Assembly (NCBI RefSeq): GCF_009914755.1
Contig: NC_060927.1
Length of the DNA: 64,000 bases
Direction: 5' to 3' (one strand)
DNA from: the human T2T-CHM13v2.0 reference genome, Homo sapiens
Program-made: the position numbers and the translations under genes
In this document: piece by piece, positions 28,690 through 47,520 of the stretch
How the letters are laid out: each line of letters begins with the position of its first letter
Position numbering within the stretch: the first letter of the stretch is position 1
Notes under the pieces: generated by a model
What the model saw: only the letters and a program-made list of their open reading frames with translations
The model's database searches: none
Told to the model about the DNA's origin: nothing

Positions 28690-29052
28690 TGTACTGTTCG
28701 AATGTTTGTCCCCTCAGAAACTCATGTCGAAACTTAATCCCCATTGTAACAGTATTAAGAGGTGGGAACTTTGGGAGGTAATCCTAAGGATTCGGCGAGT
28801 TCATGAGGGTGGGGTATTAGTGGTTTTATAGGAGGAGAAAGACCTGAGCTACTACACTCAGCCCCCTTAGCATGTGATGCCCTGTGCCTCCTTGACACTC
28901 TGTAGAGGGTCCAGCAAGAAGCCCCTCACCAGATTTGGTCACTTGACTGTGGACTTCCCAGCCTCCAGAACTGTAAGGAACACATTTCTTTTTTTTAATC
29001 AGTGACCCAGTTTTGGGTATTCTGTTGGAGCATCAGAAAACAAACTAAGACA
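28690..29052 (+). mobile_element. MLT1A/MST-like MaLR solo LTR
   Basis: aatgtttgtcccct...aaactcatgtcgaaacttaatcccca...ggacttcccagcctccagaactg...aaactaagaca. Confidence 0.85.
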
Positions 29053-29106
29053 AAGAGGAACTCATGACTTGCTTCTAGCCCAAAAGTACAGCAAAGATGG
29101 TCACCC

Positions 29107-29141
29107 TGTATTAGTCAGGATTCCCTAGAGGGACAGAGCTA

Positions 29142-29180
<39 letters not shown>

Positions 29181-29572
29181 TATAAAGGAGAGTTTATTAA
29201 GTATTAACTTACACAATCACAAGGTCCCACAATAGGAGACAGCAAGCTTGAGGAGCAAGGAGAGCCAGTCCCAGTCTCAAAAGTGAAGAACTTGGAGTCT
29301 GCTGTTTGAGGGCAGGAAACATCCAACACGGGAGAAAGATGTAGGCTGGGAGGTTAGGCCAGTCTCTCTTTTTCACATTTTTCTTCCTGCTTATATTCTA
29401 GCCACACTGGCAGCTAATTAGATTGTGCCCACCTAGATTAAGGGTGGGTCTGCCTTTCCCAGTCTGTTGACTCAAATGTTAATCTCCTTTGGTAGCACCC
29501 TCACAGACACACCCAGGATCAATATTGCAACCTTCAATCCAATCAAGTTGACAGGCAGTATTAACCATCACA
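29107..29572 (-). mobile_element. MLT2A (ERVL) solo LTR with internal (CA)n
   Basis: tgtattagtcagg...tagagggacaga...aagttgaca...ttaaccatcaca; perfect 5-bp TSD CACCC at 29102-29106 and 29573-29577. Confidence 0.9.
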
Positions 29573-30278
29573 CACCCCATGATTACATTGTTTTATAAGA
29601 ATGTGTTTTAGCCACACAGGGAAAGTTCTCTTGATGGCCTTAAAGAAGCAAACAGCCATGCTGTCAACTGCCCATGAAGGAGGCAAGACCTGAGGGCAAC
29701 CTCCACCTAATAGCATGTAGGAAGCCGAGCCTTCCTACATACAGCCACAAGGAAATAAACTCTGTCAACAATCTAGATGAGTAGATTCTTACCTAGCCAG
29801 AGGACAACGAAATGGCACTTTCAATGGAATACAGTATCTGTCAACCCAGAAACCCATATTCAGTAAAATAACATTTCCAGACAGTCAAAAACTATCACTT
29901 TTCTTCATCAATCTTATTGATGAAATGAGAATGTAGTCCAACCAAGACATTAATTGCAACGTGGTGGGACCTCAGAGCAAAGAACCCAGCTAAGCCATTT
30001 CTGGGCTCTTACTCTATGGAAACTGAGAGAAAATATATGTGTATTGTTTTAAGCTGCTGTATTTGTGATAACTTGTTATATAATAATAGAAAACAAATAC
30101 ACTGTCTATTACACAATGAATGAAATGTGCTTTTTCATCTCTACTACTGCTTTGGAACTTAAGGTTAACTGGATTTATATTAATATAAGTAAATCAGCTT
30201 GCTGTTTCCATGTTGCCATTGCATAGTATACATCATTTTACATTCTATTACTTTAGCCTCTTGTGCCCTCATACTTGA

Positions 30279-30688
<410 letters not shown>

Positions 30689-31221
30689 TGGCCTTCTTTT
30701 TTATGAAGTGTTTTTATTTTTTTCATTGTCTTCTATTATGTTTTTACTTATACATTTGCTTACTCTTCTTTCATTGGCTTTCTAGATATTAAAAAATTCA
30801 TTCTTGAATTAACATATTTTAGTATAAACTAATGCTCATTTTTAAGACAATTCCATTTAACATCCGTCTGCTGTTCCTGTTATTGTCATCATGTATTTTA
30901 CTTCTACATATACTTTAAACGCCAGTAGACATTATTAGTATTTTGTAGAGTAAATTTGCAATTAGATTTACTCACATAATTATCTTCCCAATTTCTATTT
31001 ATTCTTTCCTCTATTTCTAGTTTTCTCTAGAAAACAATGTTCTTTTCCCTGAAATACTTCATTTTTTATCTTTGGAATATGATTAATAAGGAAAAGTTTT
31101 CTTAGTTTTCGTTTGCCAGGAAATGTTATTTCACTGAATTTGAGTGTTTGGGATAGCAAGTATTTGCTTTCAATTAAAGGTAATATTTCATTATCCTCTG
31201 GCTTTTATTTTTTTATGTTGA

Positions 31222-31544
<323 letters not shown>

Positions 31545-32103
31545 AACACTCAGTCTAATGTTCCTTCTTAAAAGATAATAGGTGTGTTTTCCTTTACCTC
31601 TATTTAAGAATTTATCTTTACCTTTAATTTTAAAGAGTACTAATACATTAGACATGCCTATTTGTCACTTACTTTCTATTCCTAGAAAGCAAATTCTGTT
31701 TAGGTTCCTAGCACTTCTTGAATCTGCAGATTGATATCTTTCATCATTTTGGAAAATCATAGGCATCATCATATGAAGGATTGCTTTTGCCATTCTTTTT
31801 CCTTTGCGATTTCCAAGACTCAAATTATGGATATGTTAAATATCTTCGTCATATCTCATCATATCTTCATCAAGTCTCTTACATTCTATTTTTTTTTAAT
31901 TATACTTTAAGTTTTAGGGTACACGTGCACATTGTGCAGGTTAGTTACATATGTATACATGTGCCATGCTGGTGCGCTGCACCCACTAACTCGTCATCTA
32001 GCATTAGGTATATCTCCCAGTGTTATCCCTCCCGCCTCCCCCCACCCCACAACAGTCCCCAGAGTGTGATATTCCCCTTCCTGTGTCCATGTGATCTCAT
32101 TGT

Positions 32104-35921
<3,818 letters not shown>

Positions 35922-35984
35922 TATGATGTTAGCCGGTTATTTTGCTCGTTAGTTGATGCAGTTTCTTCCTAGTCTCGATGGTCT

Positions 35985-37001
35985 TTACATTTTGGCATGT
36001 TTTTGCAGTGGCTGGTATAGGTTGTTCCTTTCCATGTTTAGTGCTTCCTTCAGGAGCTCTTTTAGGGCAGGCCTGGTGGTGACAAAATCTCTCAGCATTT
36101 GCTTGTCTGTAAAGTATTTTATTTCTCCTTCACTTATGAAGCTTAGTTTGGCTGGATATGAAATTCTGGGTTGAAAATTCTTTTCTTTAAGAATGTTGAA
36201 TATTGGCCCCCACTCTCTTCTGGCTTGTAGGGTTTCTGCCGAGAGATCCAATGTTAGTCTGATGGGCTTCCCTTTGAGGGTAACCCGACCTTTCTCTCTG
36301 GCTGCCCTTAACATTTTTTCCTTCATTTCAACTTTGGTGAATCTGACAATTATGTGTCTTGGAGTTGCTCTTCTCGAGGAGTATCTTTGTGGCATTCTCT
36401 GTATTTCCTGAATCTGAACGTTGGCCTGCCTTGCTAGATTGGGGAAGTTCTCCTGGATAATATCCTGCAGAGTGTTTTCCAACTTGGTTCCATTCTCCCC
36501 ATCACTTTCAGGTACACCAATCAGACGTAGATTTGGTCTTTTCACATAGTCCCATATTTCTTGGAGGCTTTGCTCATTTCTTTTTATTCTTTTTTCTCTA
36601 AACTTCCCTTCTCGCTTCATTTCATTCATTTCATCTTCCATTGCTGATACACTTTCTTCCAGTTGATCGCATCGGCCCCTGAGGCTTCTGCATTCTTCAC
36701 GTAGTTCTCGAGCCTTGGTTTTCAGCTCCATCAGCTCCTTTAAGCACTTCTCTGTATTGGTTATTCTAGTTAGCCATTATTCGAAATTTTTTTCAAAGTT
36801 TTCAACTTCTTTGCCTTTGGTTTGAATGTCCTCCCGTAGCTCAGAGTAATTTGGTCGTCTGAAGCCTTCTTCTCTCAGCTCGTCGAAGTCATTCTCCATC
36901 CAGCTTTGTTCCGTTGCTGGTGAGGAACTGCGTTCCTTTGGAGGAGGAGAGGCACTCTGCTTTTTAGAGTTTCCAGTTTTTCTGTTCTGTTTTTTCCCCA
37001 T
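35985..37001 (-). pseudogene. ORF1: L1 ORF1 (RNA-binding chaperone), 338 codons with one premature stop
   Basis: MGKKQNRKTGNSK... to ...QKHAKM in a single frame; in-frame TAA at 36777-36779. Confidence 0.95.
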
Positions 37002-37904
37002 CTTTGTGGTTTTATCTACTTTTGGTCTTTGATGATGGTGATGTACAGATGGGTTTTTGGTGTGGATGTCCTTTCTGTTTGTTAGTTTTCTTTCTAACAG
37101 ACAGGACCCTCAGCTGCAGGTCTGTTGGAGTACCCTGCCGTGTGAGGTGTCAGTGTGCTCCTGCTGGGGGGTGCCTCCCTATTAGGCTGCTGGGGGGTCA
37201 GGGGTCAGGGACCCACTTGAGGAGGCAGTCTGCCCGTTCTCAGATCTCCTGCTGCGTGCTGGGAGAACCACTGCTCTCTTCAAAGCTGTCAGACAGGGAC
37301 ATTTAAGTCTGCAGAGGTTACTGCTGTCTTTTTGTTTGTCTGTGCCCTGCCCCCCAGAGGTGGAGCCTACAGAGGCAGGCAGGCCTCCTTGAGCTGTGGT
37401 GGGCTCCACCCAGTTGGAGCTTCCCGGCTGCTTTGTTTACCTAAGCAAGCCTGTGCAATGGCGGGCGCCCCTCCCCCAGCCTCGCTGCTGCCTTGCAGTT
37501 TGATCTCAGACTGCTGTGCTAGCAATGAGCAAGACTCCGTGGGGTAGGACCCTCCGAGCCAGGTGCGGGAGATAGTCTCCTGGTGCGCGGATTTTTAAGC
37601 CCGTCGGAAAAGCGCAGTATTCGGGTGGGAGTGACCCGATTTTCCAGGTGAGTCCGTCACCCCTTTCTTTGACTCGGAAAGGGAACTCCCTGACCCCTTG
37701 CACTTCCGGAGTGAGGCAATGCCTCGCCCTGCTTCGGCTCGCGCACGGTGCGCGCACCCACTGGCCTGAGCCCACTGTCTGGCACTCCCTAGTGAGATGA
37801 ACCCGGTACCTCAGATGGAAATGCAGAAATCACCCGTCTTCTGCATCGCTCACACTGGGAGCTGTAGAGCGGAGCTGTTCCTATTCGGCCATCTTGGCTC
37901 CTCC
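37002..37904 (-). promoter_or_regulatory. L1 5'UTR: CpG-rich sense promoter with intact YY1 site, plus antisense promoter firing on the + strand
   Basis: CpG-rich 37460-37900; AAGATGGCC YY1 motif on minus at ~37887-37895; antisense promoter known for L1PA/L1HS 5'UTRs. Confidence 0.8.
37458..37547 (+). pseudogene. ORF0: L1 antisense ORF0, truncated to 29 aa
   Basis: MAGAPPPASLLPCSLISDCCASNEQDSVG* matches the ORF0 N-terminus; a 1-bp deletion (gtgggcgtagg to gtggggtagg) brings TAG in frame. Confidence 0.85.
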
Positions 37905-39984
37905 GGCTTATATTCTTGTATGTATGTATCTTCTGTCTTTTCTGCTCTCCAAGTTAGTTCTGAATATTTTCTGATGAGTTATTTTTAGTTCTTATATTCC
38001 TTTTATCAGCTACCTGCAGTTAAACTAATTTATGATCTATCAATTTCAGATATTATGATGTTTATTTCTCAATTTCCACTCGGATTTTTTAATACAGATT
38101 CTTAATTCTCCGTGAATTCCTATATTCTCCTCATCCATTTTCTTGAAATAATGACAGTGAGTTTTAATTAAAGTCTGATCACTACAATATCTGTATCATC
38201 TGTATTTCTATTTGTGTTCACTCTTGGTATCTCTTTCTGCATATATGTGTGTATATGTTATCCATTCATTCATTTATTTATTTGGGAAAATAAGCATATG
38301 TATGTTTTTACTCATTCAGTTAGTATGCCTGGTGTTTCTTAAATGCCAGATATTGGGTATAAAAATTATCAAGAATATGAATGACTTTTTTTCTTCCTCA
38401 AGAGAGAGAATTCACTTTATTCTCCGGAAGGCAGCAAGAGAATGGATTGCCTGAGTCCAGTAAGAATTGGGAAATTTTTAAACTGTATGGCAGTGTTTGT
38501 AAGTCTTACTTTTAATCTGAGCGTGTAATCCTCTAGATGTTCCAAATGTGAGCCTGGAGTATTTAGTAGGATTCTCCTCCTTGGTGGATAATTAATTACA
38601 ATTTTTTTTGTACAATATTATGGTACTGCCAAAAAGTCTACCATGGCCAATTTCTACATGATTTCTTAACTTCTTTCTCTGTGTGGCTTAAAAATTAGCA
38701 AATGCCTCAGTATAAAAATATGTGTTCACTATTTGACTAACTTCTTTGTGCCCTCTTCTCTCTTTAATAAGTCCTTGGTTACCCTCATGTCTCTAAACTC
38801 TAGTTTTTGTCTTCTGCCCTAGAGTTCCTGGCAGCATTTTCAATCATTTCTTGCCTCTTAGAAGATGTGCATTGTTCTGTTTTTCAGCCACAGAACATAA
38901 ATTCCCCAAAGAGAAAAGCAGCGTGTAGAAAGCTGGGCTCAACTCAGTGAGAGCCCCTTCTCTCCAGGGTTTGGCCCCCATGTGCTGGCTGCCTTACCAG
39001 CTCTTCAGTGCTTTCAGAGTCATTTCTATACTTTATACCACTTCCTTGATAGTTTTCATCGGGAAAATCAAAATGCTACAAGCTACATTATTATAACTGG
39101 AAGCAGAAATGTCCTATAAACAATATATTTAATTTTCAAGAACTATTTCTATTTCTCTGAATTCTTTAATTTCATGTTAACCTATGTTTTTTAGGTGGAC
39201 AACATGATGTTGATACCACTAAAGACACTAGTTAGAATCTTACATTTTCTTCTGTCTCTTTCATTGCACCTATTTCCTCTTATACTTACTGTCCTCTGTA
39301 TTCATTATCATCTTTCAATTTCATGCTTCAAATATTTGGTCATTTTTGGCTTATTATTTATGTCTATTTTTGTGGATAACTAGTCGAAGTTTTCTTTCCA
39401 AGTATGGAGGTCTATTTAGCTAAAAGACTACATTACTAAAAGGAAAGGCTACTGTGTTCTCTGTGTAAGTAGAAAGTCTAATCATTGGCAGGGTTGTCTT
39501 CATGGACATTGACTCTGCAGTAGGCAGGTCTATTCAAGATTCTTGTAATTGCCCAAGTAAGAAGTCTTTTTTCCTATGAAAAAAGACTTCTTAAACTTGG
39601 GCAAAAAAGACTTTTGCTCCTGGTTGGAGCTCCCTTTATTTTTTCTCTGAATCTCTTTTGCAGGTTTGGAGTTACTTTGGCTCACTTTACTCTCCACAGC
39701 TCCATTACTGACTCAGTAGATCTTTTCCAGAAAAATAATGTACTCCACTTGGAGAGCACTATGTTTAGGTCACCAGCTAGGAACAAATTCTACAGGCAGA
39801 GCAAGGAATTATTTCCCCAATTACATAAGGCAGGCCACAGAAAAGCTGCAGGTAGTTCTCTAGGGAATCAACCTGAGACGTTTCTATCCGTCCCCTCTAC
39901 ACAGATGTCAGGTTTTATTTGGATGCTTTTTTTGGGCCCCATCTTGCAAATCATATAGGTATTCATGTATATATTCTCCATATT

Positions 39985-39987
<3 letters not shown>

Positions 39988-40025
<38 letters not shown>
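39988..40025. repeat. (GT)n microsatellite, ~19 units
   Basis: Uninterrupted GT run. Confidence 0.97.
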
Positions 40026-40027
<2 letters not shown>

Positions 40028-40839
40028 CCATCTGCATAATTTCAGGTGTTTTTTCTTCCAAGTTACCTCAGTAGGTCAATTCAATCTAGTGTCACAAGTT
40101 GCACCTTTTGTTATATGATTACTCCTAATATTAAGAATCTATCACTTGTGATATCTAGATTTAAATCAGGGAAAAGAGCGAACAATGCATTTTCAATTTG
40201 TGGATGGAAAATAAAATATTACATATTTAACAATAAGTAGTTAAATTCAGGATGATATGTACTTAATACATTTATGTAGAAAGATAACTGAATAGCATTG
40301 AGGTCTCACCTAGACTACTAGTTTATGTTTAATTCTACTAGAAAAATCACATATAAGGTGGTCATAAATTCATATCATTAAACTAGAATTATAATATTTT
40401 CACACTTTGGACTCCTGTGATTATATACACAGCATATACATAAGTACAGTTAGTTTGCTATAATGGATGATTTTCTAATTTTACTTGATGCACTAGTGAA
40501 ACTTGCAGATGTCTTGCGTGCCATACATTCCATTTTATATATACAATGTTTATTATATTTACTTTGTACAAAATATAAATGTAAATCCTTCTTTTATAGC
40601 ATATTTATTTTTTTCTGCTGACTGTTTATTCACTGCATTTTCATTGCCAAGTTAATTAAATGAGTTACACATAATTGACTTTGGTGTTCAATGAGAATTA
40701 GAAAACATTTAAGAAGAAAGTTTATAAAATAACCAAAGACTTTTAAAAAGGGTACTGTGAGCAGAGTATCATGTGAAAAGTAATAACATAGAAAGCAAAC
40801 AGCTGTAATATATGAAACAAAATCTTGTTGTTAATTTAA

Positions 40840-41150
40840 TTTCTGGATATGTCTAATTTATTACAAAACTGTATGAGTACCTACTAGGTGCATAGTACTT
40901 TACAAGGTAATATGGAAGCACTGTGAAATGAATAAAACAGAAATCCCTTCTTCACTCCCTCCCTTTAGAAGTACTGATCTAGGTGCTAGAGAAGAATAAT
41001 GTGTAAGATACAGAAACAGAAAAATAAGTATGCAGCCTGAGTTTAGCATATGAGGATTTCCATAAAGATGAGCACAGGGTCCTAACATGGACCACAGCAG
41101 AAACATATAACCCAGCTCAGAGAGTCAGGGTGGGCTTCTCAGAGGTGACA
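40840..41150 (-). mobile_element. L2 fragment
   Basis: gagtacctactaggtgc...gaataaaacagaaatccct...ggcttctcagaggtgaca. Confidence 0.55.
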
Positions 41151-41288
41151 CATATACCCAAGGGAGCTCACATCCAAAGGGCTACAAAGAGATGTACACA
41201 GAATTCCTTAACTCACTTGTGCTTAACTACATTTGTATTTCCAATCCCCTCACAGAAATTTTCTGTGTCCTTATTCATTATTTGTATT

Positions 41289-41592
41289 ATTATTAATATT
41301 ATTATTATTTTGAGATGGAGTTTTGCTCTTTTTTGCCCAGGTTGGAGTGCAATGGCACAATCTCCGCTCACTGCAACCTCCGCTTCCCTGATTCATCAAT
41401 TCTCCTGCCTCAGCCTCCCAAGTAGCTGGGATGACAGGCATGTGCCACCACACCTGGCTAATTTTGTATTTTTAGTAGAGATGGGGTTTCACCGTGTTGG
41501 CCAGGCTATTCTCCAACTCCTGAACTAAGGTGATCCGCCTGCCTCAGCCTGCCAAAGTGCTGGGATTACAGGCTTGAGCCACCATGCCCAGC
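41289..41592 (-). mobile_element. AluSq/Sp-type
   Basis: gagttttgctctt..tgcccagg..ggagtgcaatgg; TSD TTTGTATT at 41281-41288 and 41593-41600. Confidence 0.92.
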
Positions 41593-41699
41593 TTTGTATT
41601 TTAAAATCACTGTTGGATAGTAGCACAAGTGTCGGTGGGCTCCATTTCATAGTCACACTGTCTTACATGAACTAGGCCTCTTTTGCCCCTGAGGGCTCA

Positions 41700-42365
41700 A
41701 TTTTAGAAAAAAAACACAGTGATATAAAATTAGACATTTCTCATGAGGCTTTGATGAATGCAGTTGTGGGGCTAGCTAAACAGATCGGCTATGCTGGTTG
41801 CTTCTGTACTTGTGCTGAGGCTGAAGTCAGCAGGGTAGGCGGTTGGTGAGGAAGGGACAATGAAAAAAGAACAGGAGTGAGCATGAACAAACTGGAACCA
41901 ACCAATGAGAGAGGCTGGAATCCATGGCCATCTCAAAGCACCACCAAACCTCCAACTTTGATGATCCAGGCCACCTGCAAGCGATGCTGGTTTCCTGTGT
42001 CATAGAACTAAATATGCACTGGCCTAGGAGGTGGAGATGCTAGAGAAGGAGACAGAATGGCTGGAGAAGCCCCATGCTGGGTAGATGCCCCAGAGGTAGT
42101 ACTTGGTGACTTAGGATTTGGAGAAATGTGGAGGAGGAAATCCAGCATGTGCAGGGGCATGAGGGCTCAGCAGCTTCCCAAACCAACAGGACCCATAGGT
42201 CAGGGACAACTTGGGACAACTGGTGCCCTGCTCTGACTTTCAGATGACAAAGAATAAAGATGATGCTCTTCTCCCCCTACCCAATTCACACAAATTGTTT
42301 GTGGCCAGAACTATGCAGAGAAAGGGATTCAGGGAAACATAACCCTGATTCACTAACGTGACACA
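41700..42365 (-). mobile_element. Old ERVL/MaLR-type LTR
   Basis: GC-richer block ending ccagaactatgcagagaaagggattcagggaaacat...aacgtgacaca, an antisense MLT-type terminus. Confidence 0.5.
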
Positions 42366-42519
42366 GTACTAATCCCTAAGAGCCACTCAAAAGCTCTCAT
42401 TCACCTTAACTGGACTCCAAATACACACTCGTGTGCAGCTATGCCCAAGTTTTCTACTGTCTTATATTTCAAAGTCCAACCTGGTGTCCCTTACACCTGA
42501 TAATCCAACAACAAAGATA

Positions 42520-42745
42520 AAAGTGTGAGATTTAGGGCAAGCCTGGGTTTTAGTCCTGACTTGGCCTCTTCCCCACTATGTGACCATAGCTATATTTCTT
42601 TTCCTCCCTAAGTCTTAGTTGCCTATTTGTAAAATGTGGTCAACTATGGCTTACCCCATGAGGCTGTTGTGAGGATTAAGTGGGATACTGCCGTAAAGCC
42701 CTGAATATTTTATCTAGTAAATCATAAGTGCCTCCGAAATGTTAG
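42520..42745 (+). mobile_element. MIR SINE
   Basis: cctgggttttagtcctgact...atgtgacc...tgtaaaatg...gctgttgtgaggattaagtg...aaatgttag. Confidence 0.8.
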
Positions 42746-43397
42746 TGCCGTGGTGATACTGGGGGTATTGTTTCAGCAGATAACCTTCCCTCATATCTTA
42801 ATAAACTGAGTTACTTCAAAATTGTTCCTCTGTACTGCAAAATTTTTCTTAACTCTACTCATTACCAACCATCTCACAGATAGAACATGTCGCTCTTTAT
42901 TTCTAAAGGGAACTTCCTCCTGTGTTGTGTAATTCTCATTTCTCTACCTTTATTTATTTGTCTTATAAATATTGATTTATCGCATATTAAAATGTCAAGT
43001 AGGGACATTATATTGCTGAATGAAGTAGATGCTTCCTCCCCAATGTGCAGCTTAGAGATAACAAAGAAGAAAGCATGATATTTCCTATTTTGATAAGTTA
43101 TATCAAGGAAATACATGGTACTGTGATAGAATATGATTTCTGGGCAGGCTGCTTCAGCGAATGTGATCAGAAAAGATCTTTTGAGGAAGTGTGAGGAGCA
43201 TCCAGGCCAAGGACAACGTAGACTGTATCCTGAATCTGACACTGACTTGATGAGTTCAGGGGCATTAATGGGGCATCTAATGAGGGGGCAGGGCCATGAG
43301 ATGAGATTGCAGGTGAAGATGGAGCCAACCCATGTCTTGTAGGAATGGACGGAAGGCTTCAGTCCATCAGAGATCTCATTCTTACTAGGGCCTTCTC

Positions 43398-43880
43398 TTT
43401 TTTAAAATTGTCAATACTCAGGTACACAACATGATGTTTTGATATAATTACAAATAGTAAAATTTTGACTATAGTCAAGTACATTAACATATCTGTCATC
43501 TTGCATAGTTACCCTTGTGTGTATGTGGTAAGAGCCACTAAAAGCTACTCTCTTAGCAAATTTTCAGTATACAATATTATAATTATAATCCTCGTGTTGT
43601 ACATTAGATCTTTAGATGTATTTATCCTATATTTCTGCAGCTTTGTACCCTTTGACTTACATCTCTCATTTCTCCCATACCCTGCGCACATCTGTCAGCC
43701 CTGATAACCACTGTTTCATTCTCTTTTTTATGTAATTGGCTTTTTTTTTTTTTTAAGATTCTATATATAAGTGAGACTATGCAGTATTTTCCTTTCTGGG
43801 CCTGGCTTATTTCACTTAGCATGATGTTCTCCATGTTCACCCATACTGTTGCAAATGGCATGATCTTGTTCTTTTTTAAG
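43398..43880 (-). mobile_element. L1MA9/10-like 3' end
   Basis: ggtacacaacatgatgttttgatata...ctactctcttagcaaattttcagtatacaata...ggcttatttcacttagcat; ORF 43622-43933 has IMPFAT.W...ENIMLSEISQAQK. Confidence 0.85.
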
Positions 43881-44187
43881 GTTACTATTGTTTTTATTTT
43901 ATCTTTTTCCACTGGACACTTCTCCTGATACACATAGTAGAGTTTTTCATTCCAATTTCTTAAAAATTATTTGATTCTGTTTCTTTTCTCAAACTGCTAT
44001 GCTAACTGTTCCATTCCATTGAGGGCCAAACTTTTCAAAAGAAGTTTACAGTTGTTACTCCTCTCATTTATTGCCTAATCCATGGAGTCTGGGCATATTA
44101 GCCTTGTCTGTGTACTGAAAAATCTTTCTTGAACTCACACTCCACTTGCTAAACCCACTGGACTTTACTTGTTATACATTTCTTTAG

Positions 44188-46436
<2,249 letters not shown>

Positions 46437-46439
46437 GAG

Positions 46440-47520
46440 TTTGCGGTTTGCTGTTGTGTCACTATTCTAAAGGAAACTTCCCCTTAGCTTTCAAGGTCCT
46501 CTGGTCTGTCTCCTTTGAGTCAAATTTTTGCTTCTCTTCCCTAAGTATAGACATTTCCCAAGTCTGTGTTCTTGCTCACCTTTTCTACTCTTTCCTTATG
46601 TTCTTCTTTGTCTGCATCATCAAATGCTATGGCTTCAACTATTATCTTTGCCTGGATAGTCACAAATCTGGATTTCTAGTCTTGATAATTCTCTTGCAAT
46701 GTCATATCTCATTTCTAGAGCTGACTGGCTAGCTTAACTGGAAGTCACTCAGGCACTGCCAACTAAAAATATGAAGAGGTAGATCATTATGTTTTCTACA
46801 AGAATACGTCTTGGTTTCTTATTTTTATTTATAGGGATGTTACCATCTGAAGATGTATAGCTATCTTTAACTTCTTTTGTTTTCCCTCTTCTATATTCCT
46901 CACACGCAGCTTATCACCTTTCTTTAAATGCATGAGAAAAGCAAACCATCTTCCATTTTCTCCTGTATTTTTCCACCACAAAGTCTTCTAACCTTCCCTG
47001 CACTGTGCTCATCTTTTTTCTTCCACCTGTTACAACCTCTGCAACCACTTTCCTACACTGGTTATCTTTCCTGTCTTCTGAACCTTCCCTCTATCTCTTG
47101 GATCATTTCCATCCAAATCCAAAAGGCTTTCACCTCCTCCATCTAGAAAAGCAATAATAAATGACAAAACGTCAACAAAAACAAAATATATCCTTCCCTT
47201 GATCACACCTATCTTTTCTGCATCTGTCCTATTTCTCTAGCCTTTATTTAAAGTGTAACTTCTAGAGCTAGTTCTCTCTACAAACATGTCTCCAGTTCTT
47301 CATTTCCATTCACCCTCATCTTGTTAAAGTCTAGCTTTTGTCCCAAACTCCGTTGAACTGCTTTTGTCAAAACCCAATGACCTTCATGTGGTTGGTTATT
47401 GCCCTCACCCTACTCCTACCTTGTTGTTTACTTGGGACGCTTACATTGTGTTTTCCTTTTGGTAACAACCGCTTCCTTTTGCCTCTGGGACATTCCTTTG
47501 GATTCTTGGTTTTCCTGTTA
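46440..47520. mobile_element. L2 fragments (also ~44020-44185, interrupted by the L1)
   Basis: Pyrimidine-rich L2-like phrases atggcttcaactattatct...atagtcacaaatct..atttctag; gaactgcttttgtcaa...ccaatgacct. Confidence 0.55.

Larger units (their letters stand above)
28655..30101 (+). mobile_element. MLT1F/G-like MaLR LTR hosting nested insertions
   Basis: MLT1 phrases at 29053-29106 (gacttgcttctagcc), 29630-29800 (gaagcaaacagccatg...acagccacaaggaaat) and 29930-30101 (gaacccagctaagcca...ttttaagctgct...aatagaaaacaaataca). Confidence 0.7.

Noticed and set aside
36765-36790. Cluster of substitutions around the ORF1 stop (TTCGAATAATGGCTA) resembling older-subfamily EWL
   Set aside because: Too short to call a conversion tract, and L1-B does not cover this region.
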